Below, in pieces: positions 7,489 to 17,900 of a stretch of 64,000 bases of DNA. The position numbers and the translations under genes are program-made. The number at the start of each line of letters is the position of its first letter. Position 1 is the first letter of the stretch. Source of the stretch: Acidimicrobiales bacterium (GTDB lineage Bacteria; Actinomycetota; Acidimicrobiia; Acidimicrobiales; GCA-2861595); contig DATLOM010000008.1 in the NCBI GenBank assembly GCA_035536185.1, positions 32,400 through 96,399 of the forward strand, read 5' to 3'. Below the pieces are notes generated by a model. That model was not told where the DNA came from. It worked only from the letters and a program-made list of their open reading frames with translations, and did not search any database.

Positions 7489-9225
7489 TCAGTGGGACTT
7501 GTCGCGGTCGCGGCGGACGGTCGCCCGCTTCCCCTTGATGGTGCTGTTCTTCAGCGCGGAGATCACCGCGTCGGCCGCGGAGTCGGGCACCTCCACCAGG
7601 GAGAAGTTCTCGGTGATCTCGATGGCGCCGATGTCGCGCCCCTTGAGGCCGGCCTCGTTGGCGATGGCCCCGACGAGGTCGGCGGGGCGGATGCCGGCAC
7701 CGCGACCGGCGCCCACCCACAGTCGGGTCATGGCGCCGGAAGGAGGGCGCCGGCGGCCCTTGTCGCCAGGCTGTCGGGACGGGCGGCCGCGGCCCTGTGC
7801 CCCGAAAGCCTTGGGACCGGTGGCGGCCTTCTCCTCCTGGACATGCGGGACAGGTATCTCCTCCTCGTCCCCGCCGGCGCCAGTTGCCTCGTGGGCCAGC
7901 TTCACGGCGGCGAGGGCCACCTCCATCACGTCGAACTCGTCGGTGAGGGTGTCCACCACCACGCGGAAGTGGTCGAGGTCGTCGGCCAGGATGCTCTCGT
8001 GCAGCGCCGCCCGGGTGAGCTCCAGGCGGCGGGCCCGCAGGTCGGCCACGGTCGGGACCTTCTCGATGGAGATGCGCTGCCTGGTCACCCGCTCGAGGGT
8101 CTTGAGCATGCGGTGCTCCCTGGGCTCGGCCAGGGTGATGGCGACACCCTCACGACCGGCCCGGCCGACCCGCCCGATCCGGTGGACGTAGGCGTCGGGG
8201 GCGGCGGGCACGTTGTAGTTGATGACGTGGGTCAGCTGGTCGATGTCGAGGCCGCGGGCGGCGACGTCGGTGGCGACGAGGAGGTCGGCGGTACCGCCGC
8301 GTAGGCGGCCCATCACCCGCTCCCGCTGCTCCTGGGTCATGCCGCCGTGAAGAGCCTCGGCCCGGTAGCCGCGCCCGTTCAGGGTCTCGGTGAGAGTGTC
8401 GACCTCCTCCCGGGTGCGGCAGAAGACGATGGCGGCGGCCGGCGACTCCACGTCGAGCACCCGGCCCAGGGCGGCCGGCTTGTGGGCTCGGGGTATGACA
8501 TAGGCGCTCTGGCGCACCAGGGGCGTCTCGCCCGGCGGGAGCGTCTCCCGGCCGAGCTCGATGCGGACGGGGTCGCTGAGGTGGCGCTTGGCGATGGCGT
8601 TGATGCGCCCCGGCATGGTGGCCGAGAACAACACCGTCTGGCGAGGAGCCGGCGCCGCTTCGAGGATGGCCTCGATGTCCTCGGCGAAGCCCATGTCGAG
8701 CATCTCGTCGGCCTCGTCGAGCACGACCATCTGGAGGCCGCTGAGGTTCAGCGTCCTGCGGCTGATGTGATCGAGGGCCCGGCCCGGCGTGGCCACCACC
8801 ACGTCGACACCCCGCTCCAGGGCCCGGAGCTGGCGGACGATGGGCTGGCCACCGTAGATGGGCAGCACCCGCGCCGACAGGTGGCGCCCGTAGCGGTGGA
8901 CGGCCTCGCTCACCTGGACGGCCAGCTCCCGTGTGGGCACGAGGACCAGTGCCATGGGCACGGTCGCCCTGTCGCCCTTGCTCATCCGCTCGAGCACGGG
9001 CATGGCAAAAGCGGCGGTCTTGCCCGTTCCGGTGGCGGCCTGGCCGAGCAGGTCCCGCCCCTCGAGCAGTGGCGGGATGGCCTCCCGCTGGATCGGCGTG
9101 GGTTCCTCGTACCCGAGGGCGGTGACGGCCTGCAGCAGCTCAGCCCCGAGGCCGAGGTCGGCGAAGGTGCTCAGCTCCCCGGCGGCCGCGGTGCCGGTCG
9201 GATGATCGTCGGGCGGCAGGGTCAT
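7489..9225 (-). CDS. deaD: DEAD-box RNA helicase with C-terminal DbpA RNA-binding domain (DeaD/CsdA)
   Basis: Q motif, AATGTGKT, PTRELA, DEAD, SAT, HRIGRVGRAG and a DbpA-type C-terminus. Confidence 0.92.
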   Translation of the reverse strand: MTLPPDDHPTGTAAAGELSTFADLGLGAELLQAVTALGYEEPTPIQREAIPPLLEGRDLLGQAATGTGKTAAFAMPVLERMSKGDRATVPMALVLVPTRELAVQVSEAVHRYGRHLSARVLPIYGGQPIVRQLRALERGVDVVVATPGRALDHISRRTLNLSGLQMVVLDEADEMLDMGFAEDIEAILEAAPAPRQTVLFSATMPGRINAIAKRHLSDPVRIELGRETLPPGETPLVRQSAYVIPRAHKPAALGRVLDVESPAAAIVFCRTREEVDTLTETLNGRGYRAEALHGGMTQEQRERVMGRLRGGTADLLVATDVAARGLDIDQLTHVINYNVPAAPDAYVHRIGRVGRAGREGVAITLAEPREHRMLKTLERVTRQRISIEKVPTVADLRARRLELTRAALHESILADDLDHFRVVVDTLTDEFDVMEVALAAVKLAHEATGAGGDEEEIPVPHVQEEKAATGPKAFGAQGRGRPSRQPGDKGRRRPPSGAMTRLWVGAGRGAGIRPADLVGAIANEAGLKGRDIGAIEITENFSLVEVPDSAADAVISALKNSTIKGKRATVRRDRDKSH

Positions 9226-11444
9226 GGCCCCTGCACGGTACGCGGATCCCCGCCGGCCCGAGCCGAGCTAATAGGGGCAGGCGAGAGGCCGGCGTGTTCC
9301 CAGAGGCGGTCGCGGAGCCCCGAGGCCCGGGCGATGGGCCGGCCCACGGCAGCCCGGACGGCCTCTTCGGTGCCGGCCAGGATCAGGCCCTGGCGGGCAC
9401 GGGTGACTGCCGTATAGAGGAGCTCCCGGGTGAGGATCGGCGAAGTGGGATCGGGGAGCAGGACGACGACGGTGTCGAACTGCGAGCCCTGGCTCTTGTG
9501 GATGGTCATGGCGTGCACGGTGTCCACCGCAGAGAGCCTGGTGGGGCTGAGCTCGAGCAGCTCGCCCCTCCGCTCGAACACCGCAGAGACCCTGCCGCTG
9601 CCGGCGGCGTCGGCGACGACCACGCCGGTGTCGCCGTTGTAGAGGCGCAGGCCGTAGTCGTTCTCGGTTACGAGCAGGGGCCGGCCCGGGTACCACTCAC
9701 CCTCGCCGGCGAAGGCGTCGGTGCCCGCCGCCAGCCAGCGCTCCACCCTCTGCATCCAGGTGGCGACGCCGTACGGGCCGTGACGGTGGGCGCACAGGAT
9801 CCGGAAGGCACCCAGGGCGGCGATGGCTTCCCTTCCCCGCCCGGCGCGGGCGGCGGTGACGACGTTCTGGGCAGCCTCCACTGCGGCGGCACGAACGGGC
9901 TCGATGGCGGCGCCGGCGGCGCCGCCGGCAGGTCGAGTGCTGTCGGCCAGGTCGGCGTCGATCCACGTGAGGCCGTCGGGCGGCGCGGCCAGCAGGGCCA
10001 CGGCCGCCTCCACGTCTCCGGTGCGCACGGCCTCGGCCAGCGCGGCGATGCCCCCGCCGAAGCGGTGCACGTGACGGAGCACGACGATGCCGTCACCGAT
10101 GCCGGCACCGGCGCCGGCCGGGGGTCCGGAGGCCGGCACCGCCTGCCCCGTCGCCTCGGCCAGCAGGCGCCGTGCCGGCTCCCGGACCAGGAGCCCGCCG
10201 GTGGCGGGCCCGACGATGTCGCCCAGCACCGCCCCCGCCTCCACCGAAGCCAGCTGCTCGGGGTCGCCCACCAGCACCAGGCGGGCCGCCGGGCGGACCG
10301 CTTCCACCAGCCTGGCCATGAGCGACAGAGACACCATCGACGTCTCGTCGACCACGACCACCTCGTGGGGCAGGCGGTTCCACCGGTGGTGGCGGAACCG
10401 GCTGCGGTTGCCGGGTCGCCAGCCCAGCAGCCGGTGGAGGGTCGATGCCTCCATGGCCAGCAGGCGGTCCCGGATGGCATCGCTCACGTCGAGGGTGGCC
10501 GCCTCCTGGTGCACGGCCTCCTCCAGGCGAGCCGCTGCCTTGCCGGTGGGCGCGGCGAGGGCAACGAGCGGGGGCGGCATGCCGGCCGCAGCGGCCTGCT
10601 CGTGGAGCAGGGCGAGGATGCGGGCGACGGTGGTGGTCTTTCCCGTACCCGGCCCCCCGGCAACAACCGAGAACCGGCGCAGAACGGACGCCGCGGCAGC
10701 CAGCCGCTGGAGGTCAGTCGGCCGCTCGGCCACGTCTGGAGCCCTGAAGAGGCGGGCGAGGCCCTCCCGCAGGACGACGCCATCGACACCTTCGGCCGCG
10801 TCCTCGGCGCGGGTCAGCAGCTCGCCGGCCACCAGCGCCTCCTCCCGCCAGTAGCGGTCCAGGTACAGCAGGGTGCCGGCGAGGCGCAGGGGCCGGTCGG
10901 GGTGTTGGTCGCCGCCGTCGCCTCCGGCGACCAGGTTGCTGGCGGCCAGCTGCTCGAGCCACCGACGCGGCTCGGGCCACGGGAGGAGCGCAGCATCCAC
11001 GGGAAGTTCGGAGTCGAGGGCGACGGTGCCGGCGATGGTGGCCAGGTCCGTGCAGACGTGGCCGAGACGCGGTGCCCGCACGGCGAGCGCGGTGGCCAGC
11101 AGCACGGCGTCGGCGTCACCTTCGCCGGCGGCGCCGGAGGCGTCGGTCGGGCCGGCGGCGGCGGTCGGGGCGGCGGCCTCGGTCGGGGTGGCGGCGGCGG
11201 TCGAGCCGGCGCCGCTTTCGTGGTTGGCCGGGTCACCGGTGCCGGCATCACCCGCAAGGCCATTGCCGTTCGCGGTGCCGAGGCGGACGAGACAGAGGGC
11301 GACGTGGACGTCCGCCGCGGTGAGGACTCCTGCCCGGTTGAAGTCGCGCAGTGCCGCCGGCGCCCGGCGGGCCAGCCGGGGCGAGAAAGGGTCGCCCTCC
11401 TCGGCGGGTGGCACCACCGCGTCGAGCGCCGGTTCCACCGTCAT
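9222..11444 (-). CDS. recD: Exodeoxyribonuclease V alpha subunit
   Basis: GGPGTGKT, APTGKAAARL, VVVDETSMV, GDPEQLASV and AMTIHKSQGSQF motifs. ATG at 11444 overlaps the recB stop. Confidence 0.93.
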   Translation of the reverse strand: MTVEPALDAVVPPAEEGDPFSPRLARRAPAALRDFNRAGVLTAADVHVALCLVRLGTANGNGLAGDAGTGDPANHESGAGSTAAATPTEAAAPTAAAGPTDASGAAGEGDADAVLLATALAVRAPRLGHVCTDLATIAGTVALDSELPVDAALLPWPEPRRWLEQLAASNLVAGGDGGDQHPDRPLRLAGTLLYLDRYWREEALVAGELLTRAEDAAEGVDGVVLREGLARLFRAPDVAERPTDLQRLAAAASVLRRFSVVAGGPGTGKTTTVARILALLHEQAAAAGMPPPLVALAAPTGKAAARLEEAVHQEAATLDVSDAIRDRLLAMEASTLHRLLGWRPGNRSRFRHHRWNRLPHEVVVVDETSMVSLSLMARLVEAVRPAARLVLVGDPEQLASVEAGAVLGDIVGPATGGLLVREPARRLLAEATGQAVPASGPPAGAGAGIGDGIVVLRHVHRFGGGIAALAEAVRTGDVEAAVALLAAPPDGLTWIDADLADSTRPAGGAAGAAIEPVRAAAVEAAQNVVTAARAGRGREAIAALGAFRILCAHRHGPYGVATWMQRVERWLAAGTDAFAGEGEWYPGRPLLVTENDYGLRLYNGDTGVVVADAAGSGRVSAVFERRGELLELSPTRLSAVDTVHAMTIHKSQGSQFDTVVVLLPDPTSPILTRELLYTAVTRARQGLILAGTEEAVRAAVGRPIARASGLRDRLWEHAGLSPAPISSARAGGDPRTVQGP

Positions 11445-14400
11445 GCCGGCGTCCCCTGGTCGAGCAGGTCGCTCAGGGCTTCGACCAGCGCCGGCGGCGG
11501 ATGCCACGCGAACACGCCGCAGGGCCGGCCGTCGACACGTGGGGTGGCCTCGCCGCTCATGCCCCGCACGAACAGGTAGAGCACCCCGGCCAGGTTGTCC
11601 TCGGCGCTGTACCCGGGCAGCCGCCAGCGGAGGTAGCGGTGCAGGGCGGCCGTGTACAGAAGAGCCTGGAGCGGGTAGTGCGAGCGGTACATGGCCTCGA
11701 CGAGAGCGGCGGGCCGGTAGTGCCACGCCGACAGGTCCTCACCAGAGCCGCCGAGCCGGTTGGTCTTGTAGTCCACCACCGCGAAACGGGGTATGCCCCC
11801 GGCCGAGCTGGTGCGGAAGACAAGGTCGAGGCTGCCCGACAGGTAGCCCCGCAGGCCGTCCTCCAGGGAGGGGTCCTCGAGGAGATCGGCGTACCCGGCG
11901 AGAGCGTCGCCCGGCGCCAGATGCGCCCGCAGGAGAGCGGCGATCTGGATCACCGACAGCCCACCCGTCGGAGCATCGCCACCCACCAGCGGGAGCTCGA
12001 AGGCCAGCTCGTCGATCCGGTCACCGCGGGCGATGTCACGCAGGCGGATGTCGCCCACCAGAGGCCCCAGAGGAGTGTCGATGGCCGCCCGCAGCCCTTC
12101 CGCCACCTGCGCAGGGTCTCCTATCTCGATGGCGCTACCGGCTCGCTCCCGCTCGACACATGCCGCGAGGTCCCCGTCGAGCTCGGCAGAGGTGAAGTCA
12201 AGCCCTTCGAGCACGCTGTGCACGAAGGTGCCAGGGCCCACGCCGCCCGGCATGGCCGCCAGCAGGGAGGGGACCGCCCGGAGCCGGAGCTCCTCCGCCG
12301 AGGTGCCGGGCCCACCCCCGTCGACAGCAGCGCCCGCCCTCACCGGCCCCACCAGCACCTCGTCCGTCATCGCCGGCTCCTCCGGCTCGCTGGCCACCGC
12401 CGGTAGCTCCTCGTGGGCGCGCGCCGTGATGCCGCTGTAGGACGTGCGCCTCCACAGCGGGTCGAGAGCCCGATCGAAGGCGGCGGCTTCCAGCTCGCCC
12501 GGCTCGACCGTGTCCCCCGCCCAACCGGCGGCCGCGCCGCCTCCGCTCCGCTCGACGCTGATGCAGCCCGGCGCCTGCTCCGCCAGCTCTGAGAACCTCT
12601 GGACGACGGCTCTGTCCTCGGGAGTCTCGTCAGCCGCCGCCGCCACCTCGCCCGTCTCCGAAGCGCAGAAGAGCAGCCGGCACAGTGCCGAGCTCCCGCT
12701 CTCCCAGGTGCCGGCCCACCACACCACCGCCTGGTGCTCGGCCCTGGTGAGGGCGACGTACACGAGCCGCAGCTCCTCGCCCCGCCTCTCGGTGGCGTGC
12801 CTCCACAGGTGGTCGAGGAAGCGGGGCGCGTCCGGCCCGCCCACGTCGAGCGTGCGCCGGTCGCCGGCACCGGGGTCGTGGTACATGGGCGGCTCCCGCG
12901 GGTCGTTCCAGCCCGGGTCCCACAGGTAGGGGCAGTAGACGACGGGGAACTCCAGGCCTTTGCTGCGGTGGATGGTGAGCACCTGAACGGCCTCGGCGTC
13001 CGACTCCAACCGCCGGGCCCGGTCCTCGGCATCGCCGTCGGTGGCCGCCCCGGCGATGCGCTGGCGCAGCCAGCCGGTGAGAGCGGTGACCCCGAGCTGT
13101 TCGGCGGTGGCCTCCGCGTGCAGCAGCTGGCCGACGTGACGCAGGTCGGTGAGCTCCCGCTCGCCGCCGGTGCGGGCCAGCATCCGTGCCGGCAACCCCT
13201 CGGCATGGGTGACGGTCTGGAGGAGGGAGGCGACGCCCCGCCGGCGCAGCACCCCGGCCCAGCGGTGGAGGCGGGAGTGGAGCGACTCCCACTCCTCGTC
13301 GGCCGCGGTGGCCACACGCTCGGCCCGCCAGCCCAGGAAGACGGTGAGGGCGGCGGCGTGCGCGGGATAGGCGGCCGTCGGGCGCTCCAGGGCCTCCAGG
13401 AACCGCAACCACTCGGTGGCCATCGGCGTGGCGAAGACGCTGCCGGCGCCGTTGATCACCGCCGGAACACCCACCGCCTGCAGGGCGTCGCGCACCAGGG
13501 CGGCGTCACGGTGGCGGGGGACGAGAACGGCGACATGGCCCGGTCGCACCGGGACTGCTGCCTCTTCTGCGGCCCCTGCGGGCCCTGCAGCCCTCGGCTC
13601 CCCTGCCACCCCTGCCTCCCGTTCCGCCCGGCGCCTCAGGTGGGCGCCCGAGGCGAGGAGGCGGACGACGTCGCCGGCCAGGTCGTCGGCCACGTGCTCC
13701 CGGGCCGCCTTCACCTTGAGGTAGCCCTTCGGCGTGAGCGCCACCCCCGAGCTGGCCCGATGCACGATGCGCACCCGCAAGGCCGCACCCGGGGCTCCAA
13801 CGAGACGTGGCTCCTGGTTGAGCGGCGCCGCCCTCACCCGCCGGTAGGAGATCTCGTCGTGGCCGAGCCGGGCGCCGCCGAAGAGGGCGTCGTAGGCGTC
13901 GATCAGGGCCTGGTCGCTGCGCCAGTTGACGGCGAGGGTGGCGCGGGAGCCGGCCTCACGCGCCGCCTGCAGATAGGCGTAGACGTCTGCGCCCCGAAAG
14001 GCGTAGATGGCCTGTTTGGGATCACCGATGAGCACGAGGGTCGAGGCACCGCCGGCGAAGGCCCTCCTCAGGATCTCCCACTGGACCGGATCGGTGTCCT
14101 GGAACTCATCGACGAGGGCAACCCGGTAGCGCTCACTGAGGCGCCGGCAGGCGATCTCACCCCGGACGGGATCGGCCAGGGTGGCCCGCAGCCGGGTGAG
14201 CAGGTCGTCGTAGGTGAGCACGGCGGCGAGCCGGCGGCGGCGGTCGACCTCCTGCCTCACGGCCGTGGCCAGCCGCCGGCGCATGTCGGCCACGCTGCCG
14301 GGAGGGGCGCCGGTGGGCTCGAGGAAGGCGTCGTGATTGGCCACCGCGGTGTGGGCGATCCGCAACGCTTCACGGAGGTCGAACGGCGGGTTGCCGGCGC

Positions 14401-14929
14401 CGTGGAACTTGCGGACGTAGAAGTCGGCCACCACCGCGTCCACCACGTCCCTCGGGTCCTCGACGAAGGTGACGTCCCGGTCGACGTCGCCGGCCACGCC
14501 CAGGCCGTTGAGGACGTGGTGGCAGAACTCATGGGTGGTGGCGATGGTGGCGGCGTCGAAATCGGCGAGTGCCGCGGCCAGCCTCCGCCGGCGCACCTCG
14601 ACCTCGGCCGGGGGCGCGGTGGCGAGCAGGGCCACCACGCCGTCGTCCTCGTCGGGAAGGGCGCCCGTAGCTGCCGATGCCAGCCCCCTCTCCGTCCTCA
14701 CCAGCCGCTCACGGACCCGGTCGCGGAGCTCCCCCGTGGCCATGCGGGTGAAGGTCATGACCAGGAGGTGCTCGAGCGGGGTTCCCTCGGCCACGTAGCG
14801 GGCGGCGAGGGCGGCGATGGTGAAGGTCTTGCCCGTGCCGGCGCTGGCTTCGAGGACGGTCACGCCGGTGGGGAGGCGGCCGCAGACATCGAACTCCTCC
14901 ACCGCCTCGATGTGGGGCGGAGCGGTCAC
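11441..14929 (-). CDS. recB: Exodeoxyribonuclease V beta subunit
   Basis: EASAGTGKT, LVDEFQDTD, IGDPKQAIYAFRGAD and TIHRSKGLEF, plus C-terminal nuclease motifs GSLDL and DYKTN. GTG start at 14929. Confidence 0.95.
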   Translation of the reverse strand: MTAPPHIEAVEEFDVCGRLPTGVTVLEASAGTGKTFTIAALAARYVAEGTPLEHLLVMTFTRMATGELRDRVRERLVRTERGLASAATGALPDEDDGVVALLATAPPAEVEVRRRRLAAALADFDAATIATTHEFCHHVLNGLGVAGDVDRDVTFVEDPRDVVDAVVADFYVRKFHGAGNPPFDLREALRIAHTAVANHDAFLEPTGAPPGSVADMRRRLATAVRQEVDRRRRLAAVLTYDDLLTRLRATLADPVRGEIACRRLSERYRVALVDEFQDTDPVQWEILRRAFAGGASTLVLIGDPKQAIYAFRGADVYAYLQAAREAGSRATLAVNWRSDQALIDAYDALFGGARLGHDEISYRRVRAAPLNQEPRLVGAPGAALRVRIVHRASSGVALTPKGYLKVKAAREHVADDLAGDVVRLLASGAHLRRRAEREAGVAGEPRAAGPAGAAEEAAVPVRPGHVAVLVPRHRDAALVRDALQAVGVPAVINGAGSVFATPMATEWLRFLEALERPTAAYPAHAAALTVFLGWRAERVATAADEEWESLHSRLHRWAGVLRRRGVASLLQTVTHAEGLPARMLARTGGERELTDLRHVGQLLHAEATAEQLGVTALTGWLRQRIAGAATDGDAEDRARRLESDAEAVQVLTIHRSKGLEFPVVYCPYLWDPGWNDPREPPMYHDPGAGDRRTLDVGGPDAPRFLDHLWRHATERRGEELRLVYVALTRAEHQAVVWWAGTWESGSSALCRLLFCASETGEVAAAADETPEDRAVVQRFSELAEQAPGCISVERSGGGAAAGWAGDTVEPGELEAAAFDRALDPLWRRTSYSGITARAHEELPAVASEPEEPAMTDEVLVGPVRAGAAVDGGGPGTSAEELRLRAVPSLLAAMPGGVGPGTFVHSVLEGLDFTSAELDGDLAACVERERAGSAIEIGDPAQVAEGLRAAIDTPLGPLVGDIRLRDIARGDRIDELAFELPLVGGDAPTGGLSVIQIAALLRAHLAPGDALAGYADLLEDPSLEDGLRGYLSGSLDLVFRTSSAGGIPRFAVVDYKTNRLGGSGEDLSAWHYRPAALVEAMYRSHYPLQALLYTAALHRYLRWRLPGYSAEDNLAGVLYLFVRGMSGEATPRVDGRPCGVFAWHPPPALVEALSDLLDQGTPA

Positions 14930-17900
14930 TCGTCGACCACCGCCTCGCACGACAACAGCCCTTGCCACAACTTGACGGCGTAGCCCCCGAAGCGGCTGGT
15001 CTCACCGGCGGGCCAGAGCTCGTCCTGCTCGTCCGGGCGGGGCGGAGCCTCCAGGACGTCGTCCAGGGTACGGACGCCGCCGAGCACCAGGACGTGGGCA
15101 GGGTCCTTGTCCTCCTTGTCGAACTTGGCCGATGTCCACGCCTCGGCCGCCGCCGCCCGGGCCCCGGACCCGGTGTCGCCAGAGCCGCCAGAGGCGGCCG
15201 CCCTGGCGGCGGCCGCATAGGCCGCAGACGTGGCGCAGTAGATCGGCAGGGGCTCACGCATCCCCCGGTCGTAGAGGTCCACCAGCGCCACCAGGTGCTC
15301 CAGGGCCCGCTGGCGGCGGGCAGCGGGCGTTCCCTCGAAGGCGGCGACGGCTGATCTGGTGATGGAGCATCTCCAGCTGGCGCCGACCCGGCGCCGGCCG
15401 AGGGTGAGGGCCTCACGAGCGGCGCCGGGCACGGCCGCGGTGAGGGCGAGGTACTGCGCCCATGCGGCCAGGCGGTGCTTCGGACCGACGCGGGAGAAGG
15501 TGACGGCCCGCAGAACGTTGCCGGTGACGCCGGCGACGGTGCCGCTCAGCAGGCGCCCGTCCGGGAGCGGGAGGTGGATCTCCACCGAGGTCGGCTCCGT
15601 GGCCGGCGAGCCGGGGCCGGTGCTGGCAGCGGCGACGAGCATCTCGACGGCGGGGCCGAGGGCGTCGAGGACGGTGGCGGCCAGGGCGCCGGGGGGCAGG
15701 GCGCCCCGGGCCACTTCGGCGGCCACGCACTGCTCCGGGCCGGCGCCGGTGAGGCGAGCCTGGAGGAGGCGCTCCCCCACCCCCCATCTCTCCAGCGCAT
15801 CGAGCTCGACCGGTAGCTCGTCGTGAAGGTCCTGGGACCGGTCGCCCATGGCGACGCCGAGGCGCTGGCGCAGGAAGGCCTTCACCGGGTGCTGGAGGAA
15901 GCGAACGAGCTGCTCCAGCTCGACGACCGGCACCGGCGGCACCGGCAGGGGGCCGGCCACGAAAGCAGCTGGCTCGACCCGGTCGTTCTGGAGGGCGCGC
16001 GCGCCGGCCAGCGAGACCGTGTCGAAGCTCCAGCTTCGATCCGGGACGAGCCGCCCGACGGCGAAGTTCCGGGCGTCGAAAGGCTGCAGCGGATGGTGCG
16101 TCACGACCTGGCGGCGGGCCGCCGGCGCCGCCGTGGCGTCCACCAGATCGAGCAGCTCGCCCACCGGCACCGCGGGCGGGCGCTCGGCGTTGGTGCGCTC
16201 GTCACGGCCGGTGTAGGTGATGACGAGGTGGTCGGTGGCGGCGAGCAGGGCGTCGAGCAGGAGCTGGCGATCCTCGCTACGGGCGTCACGGTCGCCGACG
16301 TACGGATCGTCGAGGATGAGGTCGTCGCCGTCGCGGGTCGTGCGCCGGGGGAACATGCCGTCGTCGAGGCCGAGCAGGCAGACCACGCGGTGGGGCACGG
16401 AGCGCATCGGTACGAGCGTGCAGACGGTGAGATGGCCCGTGCGGAAGTTGGCCCGGGTCGGGCGGCCCCGGAGCCTGTCGGCCAGCAGCGCCCGCACCTC
16501 GGGCAGGGTCAGCTCCGCCGTACTCGTCGCCCCCTCGGCCGTGGCCTCGCCGACCACCTCGTCGAGGAGCCGCCGGAGCTGTACCCGCTGCCAGGAGTCG
16601 TCCTCGGAGGTGTCGGTCAGCTCGTCGACGGCGGCGGTGATGGCCTCGGTCCAGTCGTGCAGGAGCTGCGGCCCGCCGAGGCCGGCGAGGCACGCCTGCA
16701 GGCGGTCGAGGAGCTCGGCGAGACGGCCTGCGAGGCCGATGACGCCGCTGTCCACGTCGTCGAGGGGCAGGACGTGGCCGAACAGGCGCTGGCCGTCCTC
16801 CGCCATGGCCGCCCCCACCAGCACCCGGTCGAGGCCGGCCCGCCACGTGTTGGCCGCGACACCCTCGAGCTTGAACGGCGCTCGATGGGCGGCGTCCAGC
16901 CCCCACCGGACGCCGGACGCCACCACCCATTCCTCGATGCGGGCAAGGTCCTCGTCGTCGAAGCCGAAGCGCCGGCGGACAGGATCCCGGCCGGCCAGGT
17001 CGAGCACCTGGGAAGCGGTCACTCGGGCGTCGGCCAGGGCCAGGAGCTCCGACACCGTGGCCAGTACCGGGTTGGTCTGCCGCAGGGACCGGTCGGCCAG
17101 GCGCACCCGCAGGTCGGCCCCGTGGTGCCCGCCGGCCTCACCCTCCTCCTCGATGGTGGCGCCGCCGGCGCCGGTCCCGGTCCCGAAGGTGGCATGGACC
17201 AGCGGCGCGAAGGTCTCGATGTCAGGGCACATGACGATGACGTCCCGAGCCTCGAGCGTCTCGTCCTCGGCCAGCAGGTGCAGGATGGCGTCCCGGACGA
17301 CCTCGACCTGCCGGGCCCGCCCATGGCAGGCGTGGACCTGGATGCTCCGGTCGTCCGGCAGGAGCGGCGCCCGGGCATCCTCCTCGCCGGGAAGCGGAGC
17401 CCCGGGCGGGGCGCGGTCCGCCCGGATGTCGGCCTGGACACGCTGGAGGAGGGTTCCTACGGGAATCTCGAGCCCGTGGTGGTGGTCGACCGGATCGACA
17501 GGGTGGCCACCGGTGAGCACGAGCTGCATCTCCCGGGCATCACGGCCCCACGAGGCGAGCAGGGGATGCGCCGGCAGGGCGGTGGTGTGGTCGTCCCGGC
17601 GTCGTACCACCGGTGCCTCGACCCGCGCCTGCTCGGCGATGCGCTCCCACAGCACCGGTGACGGGTGGAGCAGGAACAGATGGACGTCCCGCTCCTCGGC
17701 CAGGGCCCGCAGGACCTGGAGGGAGCTGGTCGCCAGGCGGGTCAGGCCGAACAGCGACAACCGGTCTGGCAGGTCGCACAGCGAGGGCTCGGCCCGTAGG
17801 CGGGCACAGGCGGCTTCGAGCCGCTCAGCCGCGCTGTCGGAACCGATGCGGGAGCGAAGGCACCGCCACAGCTGGGCCTGCCAGGCGGTGTCGTCCGGGA

